This document shows, piece after piece, positions 1-14,300 of a stretch of 64,000 nt of DNA. Each line of letters begins with the position of its first letter. Positions within the stretch are counted from its first letter, which is position 1. The DNA comes from Eledone cirrhosa (taxonomy: Eukaryota), in the NCBI GenBank assembly GCA_964016885.1, contig OZ024745.1, positions 64,480,001 to 64,544,000 on the forward strand, in the 5' to 3' direction. Below the pieces are notes generated by a model. It saw only the letters and a list, made by a program, of their open reading frames with translations. It was not told the DNA's origin and made no database searches. Position numbers and translations under genes: made by a program.

Positions 1-2429
1 TTGGGTGATCCATTTTTTATTTGGGGGATCCAATTTTTATTTTGGTGATCCATTTTTTATTTGGGTGATACATTTTTTATTTGGGGGATCCATTTTTTAT
101 TTGGGTGATCCATTTTTTATTTGTGGAATCCATTTTTTATTTGGGGGATCCATTTTTTATTTGGGTGATCCATTTTTTATTTGGGTGATCCATTTTTTAT
201 TTGGGGGATCCATTTTTAATTTGGGTGATCCATTTTTTATTTGGGGGATCCATTTTTTATTTGGGTGATCCATTTTTTATTTGGGGGATCCATTTTTTAA
301 TTGGGTGATCCATTTTTTATTTGGGGGATCCATTTTTTATTTGGGTGATCCATTTTTTATTTGGGGGATCCATTTTTTATTTGGGTGATCCATATTTTAT
401 TTGGGTGATCCATTTTTTATTTGGGGGATCCTTTTTTTATTTGGGTGATCCATTTTTTATTTGGGGGATTCATTTTTTATTTGGGTGATCCATTTTTTAT
501 TTGGGTGATCCATTTTTTATTTGGGGGATCCATTTTTTATTTGGGTGATCCATTATTTATTTGGGGGATCCCTTTTTTATTTGGGGGATCCATTTTTTAT
601 TTGGGTGATCCATTATTTATTTGGGGGATCCATTTTTTATTTGGGTGATCCATTTTTTATTTGGGGGATCCATTTTTTATTTGGGTGATCCATTTTTTAT
701 TTGTGGGATCCATTTTTTATTTGGGGGATCCATTTTTTATTTGGAGGATCCATTTTTTATTTGGGTGATCCATTTTTTATTTGGGTGATCCATTTATTAT
801 TTGGGGGATCCATTTTTTATTTGGGGGCAGAATTTTTATTTGGGTGATCCATTTTCTATTTGGGTGATCCATTTTTTATTTGGGTGATCCATTTTTTATT
901 TGGGGGATCCATTTTTTATTTGGGGGCAGAATTTTTATTTGGGTGATCCACTTTCTATTTGGGTGATCCATTTTTTATTTGGGTGATCCATTTTTTATTT
1001 GGGTATTCCATTTTTTATTTGTGGGATCCATTTTTTATTTGGGTGATCCATTTTTTATTTGGGGGATCCAGTTTTTATTTGGGTCATCCATTTTTTATTT
1101 GGGGTATCCATTTTTTATTTGGGGGATCCATTTTTTATTTTGGGTGATCCATTTTTTATTAGGGGGATCCATTTTTTATTTGGGTGATCCATTTTTATTT
1201 GTAGATCCATTTTTTATTTGGGTGATCCATTTTTTAATTGGATGATCCATTTTTTATTTGGGGGATCCATTTTTTATTTGGGGGATCCATTATTTATTTG
1301 GGTGATCCATTTTTTATTTGGGTGATCCATTTTTTATTTGGGGGATCCATTTTTTATTTGGGTGATCCATTTTTTATTTGGGTGATCCATTTTTTAATTG
1401 GGGGATCCATTTTTTATTTAGTTGATCCATTTTTTAATTGGGTGATCCATTTTTTATTTGGGGGATCCATTTTTTATTTGGGGGATCCATTGTTTATTTG
1501 GGTGATTCATTGTTTATTTGGGTGATCCATTTTTTATTTGGGTGATCCATTTTTTATTTGGGGGATCCATTTTTTATTTGGGGGATCCATTTTTTATTTG
1601 GGTGATCCATTTTTTATTTGGGTGATCCATTTTTTATTTGTGGGATCCATTTTTTATTTGGGGGATCCATTTTTTATTTGGGGGATCCTTTTTTTATTTG
1701 GGTGATCCATTTTTTATTTGGGTGATCCATTTTTTATTTGGGGGATCCATTTTTTATTTGGGTGATCCATTTTTTATTTGGGTGATCCATTTTTTGGGGG
1801 GGGGATCCATTTTTTATTTGGGTGATCCATTTTTTATTTGGGGGATCCATTTTTTATTTGGGGGATCCATTTTTTATTTGGGTGATACATTTTTTATTTG
1901 GGTGATCCATTTTTTATTTGGGTGATCCATTTTTTATTTGGGTTGATCCCTTTTTTATTTGGGGGATCCATTTTTTATTTGGGTGATCCATTTTTTATTT
2001 GGGGGATCTATTTTTTATTTGGGGGATCCATTTTTTATTTGGGTGATCCATTTTTTATTTGGGGGATCCATTTTTTATTTGGGGGATCCATTGTTTATTT
2101 GGGTGATTCATTGTTTATTTGGGTGATCCATTTTTTATTTGGGTGATCCATTTTTTATTTGGGGGATCCATTTTTTATTTGGGGGATCCATTTTTTATTT
2201 GGGTGATCCATTTTTTATTTGGGTGATCCATTTTTTATTTGTGGGATCCATTTTTTATTTGGGGGATCCATTTTTTATTTGGGGGATCCTTTTTTTATTT
2301 GGGTGATCCATTTTTTATTTGGGTGATCCATTTTTTATTTGGGGGATCCATTTTTTATTTGGGTGATCCATTTTTTATTTGGGTGATCCATTTTTTATTT
2401 GGGGGATCCATTTTTTATTTGGGTGATCC

Positions 2430-5400
2430 ATTTTTTATTTGGGGGATCCATTTTTTATTTGGGGGATCCATTTTTTATTTGGGTGATACATTTTTTATTT
2501 GGGTGATCCATTTTTTATTTGGGTGATACATTTTTAATTTGGGTGATCCATTTTTTATTTGGGGGATCCATTTTTTATTTGGGTGATCCATTTTTTATTT
2601 GGGGGATCCATTTTTTATTTGGGTGATCCATTTTTTATTTGGGTGATCCATTTTTTAATTGGGTGATCCATTTTTTATTTGGGGGATCCATTTTTTATTT
2701 GGGTGATCCATTTTTTATTTGGGTGGTCCATTTTTTATTTGGGTGATCCATTTTTTATTTGGGGGATCCATTATTTATTTGGGTGATCCATTTTTTATTT
2801 GGGGATCCATTTTTTATTTGGGTGATCCATTTTTTATTTGGGTGATCCATTTTTTATTTGGGGGATCCATTTTTTATTTGGGTGATCCATTTTTTATTTG
2901 GGGGGTCCATTTTTTATTTGGGGGATCCATTTTTATTTGGGTGATCCATTTTTTATTTAGGGGATCCATTTTTTATTTGTGTGATCCATTTTTTATTTGG
3001 GTTGATCCCTTTTTTATTTGGGGGATCCATTTTTTATTTGGGTGATCCATTTTTTATTTGGGGGATCCATTTTTTATTTGGGGGATCCATTTCTTATTTG
3101 GGTGATCCATTTTTTATTAGGGGGATCCATTTTTTATTTGGGTGATCCATTTTTATTTGGAGATCCATTTTTTATTTAGGTGATCTATTTTATAATTGGG
3201 CGATCCATTTTTTATTTGGGGGATCCATTTTTTATTTGGGGGATCCATTATTTATTTGGGTGATCCATTTTTTATTTGGGTGATCCATTTTTTATTTGGG
3301 TGATCCATTTTTTATTTGGGTGATCCATTTTTTATTTGGGTGATCCATTTTTTATTTGGGGGATCCATTTTTTATTTGGGTGATCCATTTTTTATTTGGG
3401 TGATCCATTTTTTATTTGAGGGATCCATTTTATATTTGGGTGATCCATTTTTTATTTGGGTGATCCATTTTTTATTTGGGGGATCCATTTTTTATTTGGG
3501 GGATCCATTTTTTATTTGGGGGATCCATTTTTTATTTGGGTGATCCATTTTTTATTTGGGGGATCCATTTTTTATTTGGGTGATCCATTTTTTATTTGGG
3601 GGATCCATTTTTTATTTCGGGGATCCATTTTTTATTTGGGTGATTCATTTTTTATTTGGGGGATCCATTTTTTTTATTTGGGGGTCCATTTTTTATTTGG
3701 GTGATCCATTTTTTATTTGGGTGATCCATTTTTTATTTGGGGGATCCATTTTTTATTTGGGTCATCCATTTTTTATTTGGGGAACCATTTTTTATTTGGG
3801 GGATCCATTTTTTATTTTGGGTGATCTATTTTTTATTAGGGGGATCCATTTTCTATTTGGGTGATCCATTTTTATTTGTAGATCCATTTTTTAATTGGGG
3901 GATCCATTTTTTATTTAGTTGATCCATTTTTTAATTGGGTGATCCATTTTTTATTTGGGTGATCCATTTTTTATTTGGGTATTCCATTTTTTATTTGTGG
4001 GATCCATTTTTTATTTGGGGGATCCATTTTTTATTTGGGGGATCCAATTTTATTTGGGTGATCCATTTTTTATTTGGGTGATCCATTTTTTATTTGGGGG
4101 ATCCAATTTTTATTTGGGTGATCCATTTTTTATTTGGGTGATACATTTTTTATTTGGGGGATCCATTTTTTATTTGGGTGATCCATTTTTTATTTGTGGA
4201 ATCCATTTTTTATTTGGGGGATCCATTTTTTATTTGGGTGATCCATTTTTTATTTGGGTGATCCATTTTTTATTTGGGGGATCCATTTTTAATTTGGGTG
4301 ATCCATTTTTTATTTGGGGGATCCATTTTTTATTTGGGTGATCCATTTTTTATTTGGGGGATCCATTTTTTAAGTGGGTGATCCATTTTTTATTTGGGGG
4401 ATCCATTTTTTATTTGGGTGATCCATTTTTTATTTGGGGGATCCATTTTTTATTTGGGTGATCCATATTTTATTTGGGTGATCCATTTTTTATTTGGGGG
4501 ATCCTTTTTTTATTTGGGTGATCCATTTTTTATTTGGGGGATTCATTTTTTATTTGGGTGATCCATTTTTTATTTGGGTGATCCATTTTTTATTTGGGGG
4601 ATCCATTTTTTATTTGGGTGATCCATTATTTATTTGGGTGATCCATTTTTTATTTGGGGGATCCATTGTTTATTTGGGTGATTCATTGTTTATTTGGGTG
4701 ATCCATTTTTTATTTGGGTGATCCATTTTTTATTTGGGGGATCCATTTTTTATTTGGGGGATCCATTTTTTATTTGGGTGATCCATTTTTTATTTGGGTG
4801 ATCCATTTTTTATTTGTGGGATCCATTTTTTATTTGGGGGATCCATTTTTTATTTGGGGGATCCTTTTTTTATTTGGGTGATCCATTTTTTATTTGGGGG
4901 ATCCATTTTTTATTTGGGGGATCCATTTTTTATTTGGGTGATCCATTTTTTATTTGGGTGATCCATTTTTTTTTGGGGGGATCCATTTTTTATTTGGGTG
5001 ATCCATTTTTTATTTGGGGGATCCATTTTTTATTTGGGGGATCCATTTTTTATTTGGGTGATACATTTTTTATTTGGGTGATCCATTTTTTATTTGGGTG
5101 ATCCATTTTTTATTTGGGTTGATCCCTTTTTTATTTGGGGGATCCATTTTTTATTTGGGTGATCCATTTTTTATTTGGGGGATCCATTTTTTATTTGGGG
5201 GATCCATTTCTTATTTGGGTGATCCATTTTTTATTTGGGGGATCCATTTTTTATTTGGGTGATACATTTTTTAATTGGGTGATCCATTTTTATTTGGGTG
5301 ATCCATTTTTTACTTGGGGGATCCATTTTTTATTTGGGGGATCCATTTTTTATTTTGCTGATTCATTTTTTATTTGGGTGATCCATATTTTATTTGGGGG

Positions 5401-8381
5401 TATCCATTTTTTATTTGGGGGATCCATTTTTTATTTGGGGGATCCATTTTTTATTTGGGTGATACATTTTTTATTTGGGTGATCCATTTTTTATTTGGGT
5501 GATACATTTTTAATTTGGGTGATCCATTTTTTATTTGGGGGATCCATTTTTTATTTGGGTGATCCATTTTTTATTTGGGGGATCCATTTTTTATTTGGGT
5601 GATCCATTTTTTATTTGGGTGATCCATTTTTTAATTGGGTGATCCATTTTTTATTTGGGGGATCCATTTTTTATTTGGGTGATCCATTTTTTATTTGGGT
5701 GGTCCATTTTTTATTTGGGTGATCCATTTTTTATTTGGGGGATCCATTATTTATTTGGGTGATCCATTTTTTATTTGGGGATCCATTTTTTATTTGGGTG
5801 ATCCATTTTTTATTTGGGTGATCCATTTTTTATTTGGGGGATCCATTTTTTATTTGGGTGATCCATTTTTTATTTGGGGGGTCCATTTTTTATTTGGGGG
5901 ATCCATTTTTATTTGGGTGATCCATTTTTTATTTAGGGGATCCATTTTTTATTTGTGTGATCCATTTTTTATTTGGGTTGATCCCTTTTTTATTTGGGGG
6001 ATCCATTTTTTATTTGGGTGATCCATTTTTTATTTGGGGGATCCATTTTTTATTTGGGGGATCCATTTCTTATTTGGGTGATCCATTTTTTATTAGGGGG
6101 ATCCATTTTTTATTTGGGTGATCCATTTTTATTTGGAGATCCATTTTTTATTTAGGTGATCTATTTTATAATTGGGCGATCCATTTTTTATTTGGGGGAT
6201 CCATTTTTTATTTGGGGGATCCATTATTTATTTGGGTGATCCATTTTTTATTTGGGTGATCCATTTTTTATTTGGGTGATCCATTTTTTATTTGGGTGAT
6301 CCATTTTTTATTTGGGTGATCCATTTTTTATTTGGGGGATCCATTTTTTATTTGGGTGATCCATTTTTTATTTGGGTGATCCATTTTTTATTTGAGGGAT
6401 CCATTTTATATTTGGGTGATCCATTTTTTATTTGGGTGATCCATTTTTTATTTGGGGGATCCATTTTTTATTTGGGGGATCCATTTTTTATTTGGGGGAT
6501 CCATTTTTTATTTGGGTGATCCATTTTTTATTTGGGGGATCCATTTTTTATTTGGGTGATCCATTTTTTATTTGGGGGATCCATTTTTTATTTCGGGGAT
6601 CCATTTTTTATTTGGGTGATTCATTTTTTATTTGGGGGATCCATTTTTTTTATTTGGGGGTCCATTTTTTATTTGGGTGATCCATTTTTTATTTGGGTGA
6701 TCCATTTTTTATTTGGGGGATCCATTTTTTATTTGGGTCATCCATTTTTTATTTGGGGAACCATTTTTTATTTGGGGGATCCATTTTTTATTTTGGGTGA
6801 TCTATTTTTTATTAGGGGGATCCATTTTCTATTTGGGTGATCCATTTTTATTTGTAGATCCATTTTTTAATTGGGGGATCCATTTTTTATTTAGTTGATC
6901 CATTTTTTAATTGGGTGATCCATTTTTTATTTGGGTGATCCATTTTTTATTTGGGTATTCCATTTTTTATTTGTGGGATCCATTTTTTATTTGGGGGATC
7001 CATTTTTTATTTGGGGGATCCAATTTTATTTGGGTGATCCATTTTTTATTTGGGTGATCCATTTTTTATTTGGGGGATCCCATTTTTATTTGGGTGATCC
7101 ATTTTTTATTTGGGTGATACATTTTTTATTTGGGGGATCCATTTTTTATTTGGGTGATCCATTTTTTATTTGTGGAATCCATTTTTTATTTGGGGGATCC
7201 ATTTTTTATTTGGGTGATCCATTTTTTATTTGGGTGATCCATTTTTTATTTGGGGGATCCATTTTTAATTTGGGTGATCCATTTTTTATTTGGGGGATCC
7301 ATTTTTTATTTGGGTGATCCATTTTTTATTTGGGGGATCCATTTTTTAAGTGGGTGATCCATTTTTTATTTGGGGGATCCATTTTTTATTTGGGTGATCC
7401 ATTTTTTATTTGGGGGATCCATTTTTTATTTGGGTGATCCATATTTTATTTGGGTGATCCATTTTTTATTTGGGGGATCCTTTTTTTATTTGGGTGATCC
7501 ATTTTTTATTTGGGGGATTCATTTTTTATTTGGGTGATCCATTTTTTATTTGGGTGATCCATTTTTTATTTGGGGGATCCATTTTTTATTTGGGTGATCC
7601 ATTATTTATTTGGGGGATCCATTTTTTATTTGGGGGATCCATTGTTTATTTGGGTGATTCATTGTTTATTTGGGTGATCCATTTTTTATTTGGGTGATCC
7701 ATTTTTTATTTGGGGGATCCATTTTTTATTTGGGGGATCCATTTTTTATTTGGGTGATCCATTTTTTATTTGGGTGATCCATTTTTTATTTGTGGGATCC
7801 ATTTTTTATTTGGGGGATCCATTCTTTATTTGGGGGATCCTTTTTTTATTTGGGTGATCCATTTTTTATTTGGGTGATCCATTTTTTATTTGGGGGATCC
7901 ATTTTTTATTTGGGTGATCCATTTTTTATTTGGGTGATCCATTTTTTTGGGGGGGGATCCATTTTTTATTTGGGTGATCCATTTTTTATTTGGGGGATCC
8001 ATTTTTTATTTGGGGGATCCATTTTTTATTTGGGTGATACATTTTTTATTTGGGTGATCCATTTTTTATTTGGGTGATCCATTTTTTATTTGGGTTGATC
8101 CCTTTTTTATTTGGGGGATCCATTTTTTATTTGGGTGATCCATTTTTTATTTGGGGGATCCATTTTTTATTTGGGGGATCCATTTCTTATTTGGGTGATC
8201 CATTTTTTATTTGGGGGATCCATTTTTTATTTGGGTGATACATTTTTTAATTGGGTGATCCATTTTTATTTGGGTGATCCATTTTTTACTTGGGGGATCC
8301 ATTTTTTATTTGGGGGATCCATTTTTTATTTTGCTGATTCATTTTTTATTTGGGTGATCCATATTTTATTTGGGGGTATCC
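2430..8381 (+). repeat. Tandem higher-order duplication, 2 x 2,976 bp
   Basis: Matching ORFs at a constant offset of 2976 (2719/5695, 3316/6292, 3955/6931, 4494/7470, 4814/7790, 5074/8050). Shared rare variants: TAAGTGGG (4371/7347), TACTTGGGG (5311/8287), TTTTGCTGATTC (~5354/~8330). Confidence 0.92.
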
Positions 8382-11300
8382 ATTTTTTATTTGGGTGATC
8401 CATTTTTTATTTGGGGGATCCATTTTTTATTTGGGTGATCCATTTTTTATTTGGGTGATCCATTTTTTATTTGGGGGATCCAATTTTTATTTGGGTGATC
8501 CATTTTTTATTTGGGTGATCCATTTTTTATTTGTGGGATCCATTTTTTATTTGGGGCATCCATTTTTTATTTGGGTGATCCATTTTTATTTGGAGATCCA
8601 TTTTGTACTTGGGTGATCCATTTGTTAATTGGGTGATCCATTTTTTATTTGGGTGATCCATTTTTTATTTGGGGGATTCATTTTTTATTTGGGTGATCCA
8701 TTTTTTATTTGGGTGGTCCATTTTTTATTTGGGTGATCCATTTTTTATTTGGGGGATCCATTTTTTATTTGGGTGATCCATTTTTTATTTGGGGATCCAT
8801 TTTTTATATGGGTGATCCATTCTTTATTTGGGTGATCCATTTTTTATTTGGGTGATCCATTTTTTATTTGGGGGGTCCATTTTTTATTTGGGGGATCCAT
8901 TTTTATTTGGGTGATCCATTTTTTATTTGGGGGATCCATTTTTTATTTGGGTGACCCCTTTTTTATTTGGGGGATCCATTATTTATTTGGGTGATCCATT
9001 TTTATTTGGGGATCCATTTTTTATTTGGGGGATTCATTTTTTATTTGGGTGATCCATTTTTTATTAGGGGGATCCATTTTTTATTTGGGTGATCCATTTT
9101 TATTTGGAGATCCATTTTTTATTTAGGTGATCCATTTTATAATTGGGTGATCCATTTTTTATTTGGGGGATCCATTTTTTATTTGGGGGATCCATTATTT
9201 ATTTGGGTGATCCATTTTTTATTTGGGTGATCCATTTTTTATTTGGGTGATCCATTTTTTATTTGGGTGATCCATTTTTTATTTGGGTGATTCATTTTTT
9301 ATTTGGGGGATCCATTTTTTATTTGGGTGATCCATTTTTTATTTGGGGGATCCATTTTTTATTTGGGTGATCCATTTTTTATTTGGGGAATCCATTTTTT
9401 ATTTCGGGGATCCATTTTTTATTTGGGTGATTCATTTTTTATTTGGGGGATTCATTTTTTATTTGGGTGATCCATTTTTTTTATTTGGGGGTCCATTTTT
9501 TATTTGGGTGATCCATTTTTTATTTGGGTGATCCATTTTTTATTTGGGGGATCCATTTTTTATTTGGGTCATCCATTTTTTATTTGGGGAACCATTTTTT
9601 ATTTGGGGGATCCATTTTTTATTTTGGGTGATCTATTTTTTATTAGGGGGATCCATTTTTTATTTGGGTGATCCATTTTTATTTGTAGATCCATTTTTTA
9701 ATTGGGGGATCCATTTTTTATTTAGTTGATCCATTTTTTAATTGGGTGATCCATTTTTTATTTGGGTGATCCATTTTTTATTTGGGTATTCCATTTTTTA
9801 TTTGTGGGATCCATTTTTTATTTGGGTGATCCATTTTTTATTTGGGGGATCCAGTTTTTATTTGGGTCATCCATTTTTTATTTGGGGTATCCATTTTTTA
9901 TTTGGGGGATCCATTTTTTATTTTGGGTGATCCATTTTTTATTAGGGGGATCCATTTTTTATTTGGGTGATCCATTTTTATTTGTAGATCCATTTTTTAT
10001 TTGGGTGATCCATTTTTTAATTGGATGATCCATTTTTTATTTGGGGGATCCATTTTTTATTTGGGGGATCCATTATTTATTTGGGTGATCCATTTTTTAT
10101 TTGGGTGATCCATTTTTTATTTGGGGGATCCATCTTTTATTTGGGTGATCCATTTTTTATTTGGGTGATCCATTTTTTAATTGGGGGATCCATTTTTTAT
10201 TTAGTTGATCCATTTTTTAATTGGGTGATCCATTTTTTATTTGGGGGATCCATTTTTTATTTGGGGGATCCATTGTTTATTTGGGTGATTCATTGTTTAT
10301 TTGGGTGATCCATTTTTTATTTGGGTGATCCATTTTTTATTTGGGGGATCCATTTTTTATTTGGGGGATCCATTTTTTATTTGGGTGATCCATTTTTTAT
10401 TTGGGTGATCCATTTTTTATTTGTGGGATCCATTTTTTATTTGGGGGATCCATTTTTTATTTGGGGGATCCTTTTTTTATTTGGGTGATCCATTTTTTAT
10501 TTGGGTGATCCATTTTTTATTTGTGGGATCCATTTTTTATTTGGGTGATCCATTTTTTATTTGGGTGATCCATTTTTTATTTGGGGGATCCATTTTTTAT
10601 TTGGGTGATCCATTTTTTATTTGGGGGATCCATTTTTTATTTGGGGGATCCATTTTTTATTTGGGTGATACATTTTTTATTTGGGTGATCCATTTTTTAT
10701 TTGGGTGATACATTTTTAATTTGGGTGATCCATTTTTTATTTGGGGGATCCATTTTTTATTTGGGTGATCCATTTTTTTATTTGGGGGATCCATTTTTTA
10801 TTTGGGTGATCCATTTTTTATTTGGGTGATCCATTTTTTAATTGGGTGATCCATTTTTTATTTGGGGGATCCATTTTTTATTTGGGTGATCCATTTTTTA
10901 TTTGGGTGGTCCATTTTTTATTTGGGGGATCCATTTTTTATTTTGGGTGATCCATTTTTTATTAGGGGGATCCATTTTTTATTTGGGTGATCCATTTTTA
11001 TTTGTAGATCCATTTTTTATTTGGGTGATCCATTTTTTAATTGGATGATCCATTTTTTATTTGGGGGATCCATTTTTTATTTGGGGGATCCATTATTTAT
11101 TTGGGTGATCCATTTTTTATTTGGGTGATCCATTTTTTATTTGGGTGATCCATTTTTTATTTGGGGGATCCATTTTTTATTTGGGTGATCCATTTTTTAT
11201 TTGGGTGATCCATTTTTTAATTGGGGGATCCATTTTTTATTTAGTTGATCCATTTTTTAATTGGGTGATCCATTTTTTATTTGGGGGATCCATTTTTTAT

Positions 11301-14300
11301 TTGGGGGATCCATTGTTTATTTGGGTGATTCATTGTTTATTTGGGTGATCCATTTTTTATTTGGGTGATCCATTTTTTATTTGGGGGATCCATTTTTTAT
11401 TTGGGGGATCCATTTTTTATTTGGGTGATCCATTTTTTATTTGGGTGATCCATTTTTTATTTGTGGGATCCATTTTTTATTTGGGGGATCCATTTTTTAT
11501 TTGGGGGATCCTTTTTTTATTTGGGTGATCCATTTTTTATTTGGGTGATCCATTTTTTATTTGTGGGATCCATTTTTTATTTGGGTGATCCATTTTTTAT
11601 TTGGGTGATCCATTTTTTATTTGGGGGATCCATTTTTTATTTGGGTGATCCATTTTTTATTTGGGGGATCCATTTTTTATTTGGGGGATCCATTTTTTAT
11701 TTGGGTGATACATTTTTTATTTGGGTGATCCATTTTTTATTTGGGTGATACATTTTTAATTTGGGTGATCCATTTTTTATTTGGGGGATCCATTTTTTAT
11801 TTGGGTGATCCATTTTTTTATTTGGGGGATCCATTTTTTATTTGGGTGATCCATTTTTTATTTGGGTGATCCATTTTTTAATTGGGTGATCCATTTTTTA
11901 TTTGGGGGATCCATTTTTTATTTGGGTGATCCATTTTTTATTTGGGTGGTCCATTTTTTATTTGGGTGATCCATTTTTTATTTGGGGGATCCATTATTTA
12001 TTTGGGTGATCCATTTTTTATTTGGGGATCCATTTTTTATTTGGGTGATCCATTTTTTATTTGGGTGATCCATTTTTTATTTGGGGGATCCATTTTTTAT
12101 TTGGGTGATCCATTTTTTATTTGGGGGGTCCATTTTTTATTTGGGGGATCCATTTTTATTTGGGTGATCCATTTTTTATTTGGGGGATCCATTTTTTATT
12201 TGGGTGATCCATTTTTTATTTGGGTTGATCCCTTTTTTATTTGGGGGATCCATTTTTTATTTGGGTGATCCATTATTTATTTGGGGGATCCATTTTTTAT
12301 TTGGGGGATCCATTTCTTATTTGGGTGATCCATTTTTTATTAGGGGGATCCATTTTTTATTTGGGTGATCCATTTTTATTTGGAGATCCATTTTTTATTT
12401 AGGTGATCTATTTTATAATTGGGCGATCCATTTTTTATTTGGGGGGTCCATTTTTTATTTGGGGGATCCATTATTTATTTGGGTGATCCATTTTTTATTT
12501 GGGTGATCCATTTTTTATTTGGGTGATCCATTTTTTATTTGGGTGATCCATTTTTTATTTGGGTGATCCATTTTTTATTTGGGGGATCCATTTTTTATTT
12601 GGGTGATCCATTTTTTATTTGGGTGATCCATTTTTTATTTGAGGGATCCATTTTATATTTGGGTGATCCATTTTTTATTTGGGTGATCCATTTTTTATTT
12701 GGGGGATCCATTTTTTATTTGGGGGATCCATTTTTTATTTGGGGGATCCATTTTTTATTTGGGTGATCCATTTTTTATTTGGGGGATCCATTTTTTATTT
12801 GGGTGATCCATTTTTTATTTGGGGGATCCATTTTTTATTTCGGGGATCCATTTTTTATTTGGGTGATTCATTTTTTATTTGGGGGATCCATTTTTTTTAT
12901 TTGGGGGTCCATTTTTTATTTGGGTGATCCATTTTTTATTTGGGTGATCCATTTTTTATTTGGGGAACCATTTTTTATTTGGGGGATCCATTTTTTATTT
13001 TGGGTGATCTATTTTTTATTAGGGGGATCCATTTTCTATTTGGGTGATCCATTTTTATTTGTAGATCCATTTTTTAATTGGGGGATCCATTTTTTATTTA
13101 GTTGATCCATTTTTTAATTGGGTGATCCATTCTTTATTTGGGTGATCCATTTTTTATTTGGGTATTCCATTTTTTATTTGTGGGATCCATTTTTTATTTG
13201 GGGGATCCATTTTTTATTTGGGGGATCCAATTTTATTTGGGTGATCCATTTTTTATTTGGGTGATCCATTTTTTATTTGGGGGATCCAATTTTTATTTGG
13301 GTGATCCATTTTTTATTTGGGTGATACATTTTTTATTTGGGGGATCCATTTTTTATTTGGGTGATCCATTTTTTATTTGTGGAATCCATTTTTTATTTGG
13401 GGGATCCATTTTTTATTTGGGTGATCCATTCTTTATTTGGGTGATCCATTTTTTATTTGGGGGATCCATTTTTAATTTGGGTGATCCATTTTTTATTTGG
13501 GGGATCCATTTTTTATTTGGGTGATCCATTTTTTATTTGGGGGATCCATTTTTTAATTGGGTGATCCATTTTTTATTTGGGGGATCCATTTTTTATTTGG
13601 GTGATCCATTTTTTATTTGGGGGATCCATTTTTTATTTGGGTGATCCATATTTTATTTGGGTGATCCATTTTTTATTTGGGGGATCCTTTTTTTATTTGG
13701 GTGATCCATTTTTTATTTGGGGGATTCATTTTTTATTTGGGTGATCCATTTTTTATTTGGGTGATCCATTTTTTATTTGGGGGATCCATTTTTTATTTGG
13801 GTGATCCATTATTTATTTGGGGGATCCATTTTTTATTTGGGGGATCCATTTTTTATTTGGGTGATCCATTTTTTATTTGGGGGATCCATTTTTTATTTGG
13901 GTGATCCATTTTTTATTTGTGGGATCCATTTTTTATTTGGGGGATCCATTTTTTATTTGGAGGATCCATTTTTTATTTGGGTGATCCATTTTTTATTTGG
14001 GTGATCCATTTATTATTTGGGGGATCCATTTTTTATTTGGGGGCAGAATTTTTATTTGGGTGATCCATTTTCTATTTGGGTGATCCATTTTTTATTTGGG
14101 TGATCCATTTTTTATTTGGGGGATCCATTTTTTATTTGGGGGATCCATTTTTTAATTGGGTGATCCATTTTTTATTTGGGTGATCCATTTTTTATTTGGG
14201 GGATCCATTTTTTATTTGGGTGATCCATTTTTTATTTGGGGGATCCATTTTTTATTTGGGGGATCCATTTTTTATTTGGGTGATACATTTTTTATTTGGG

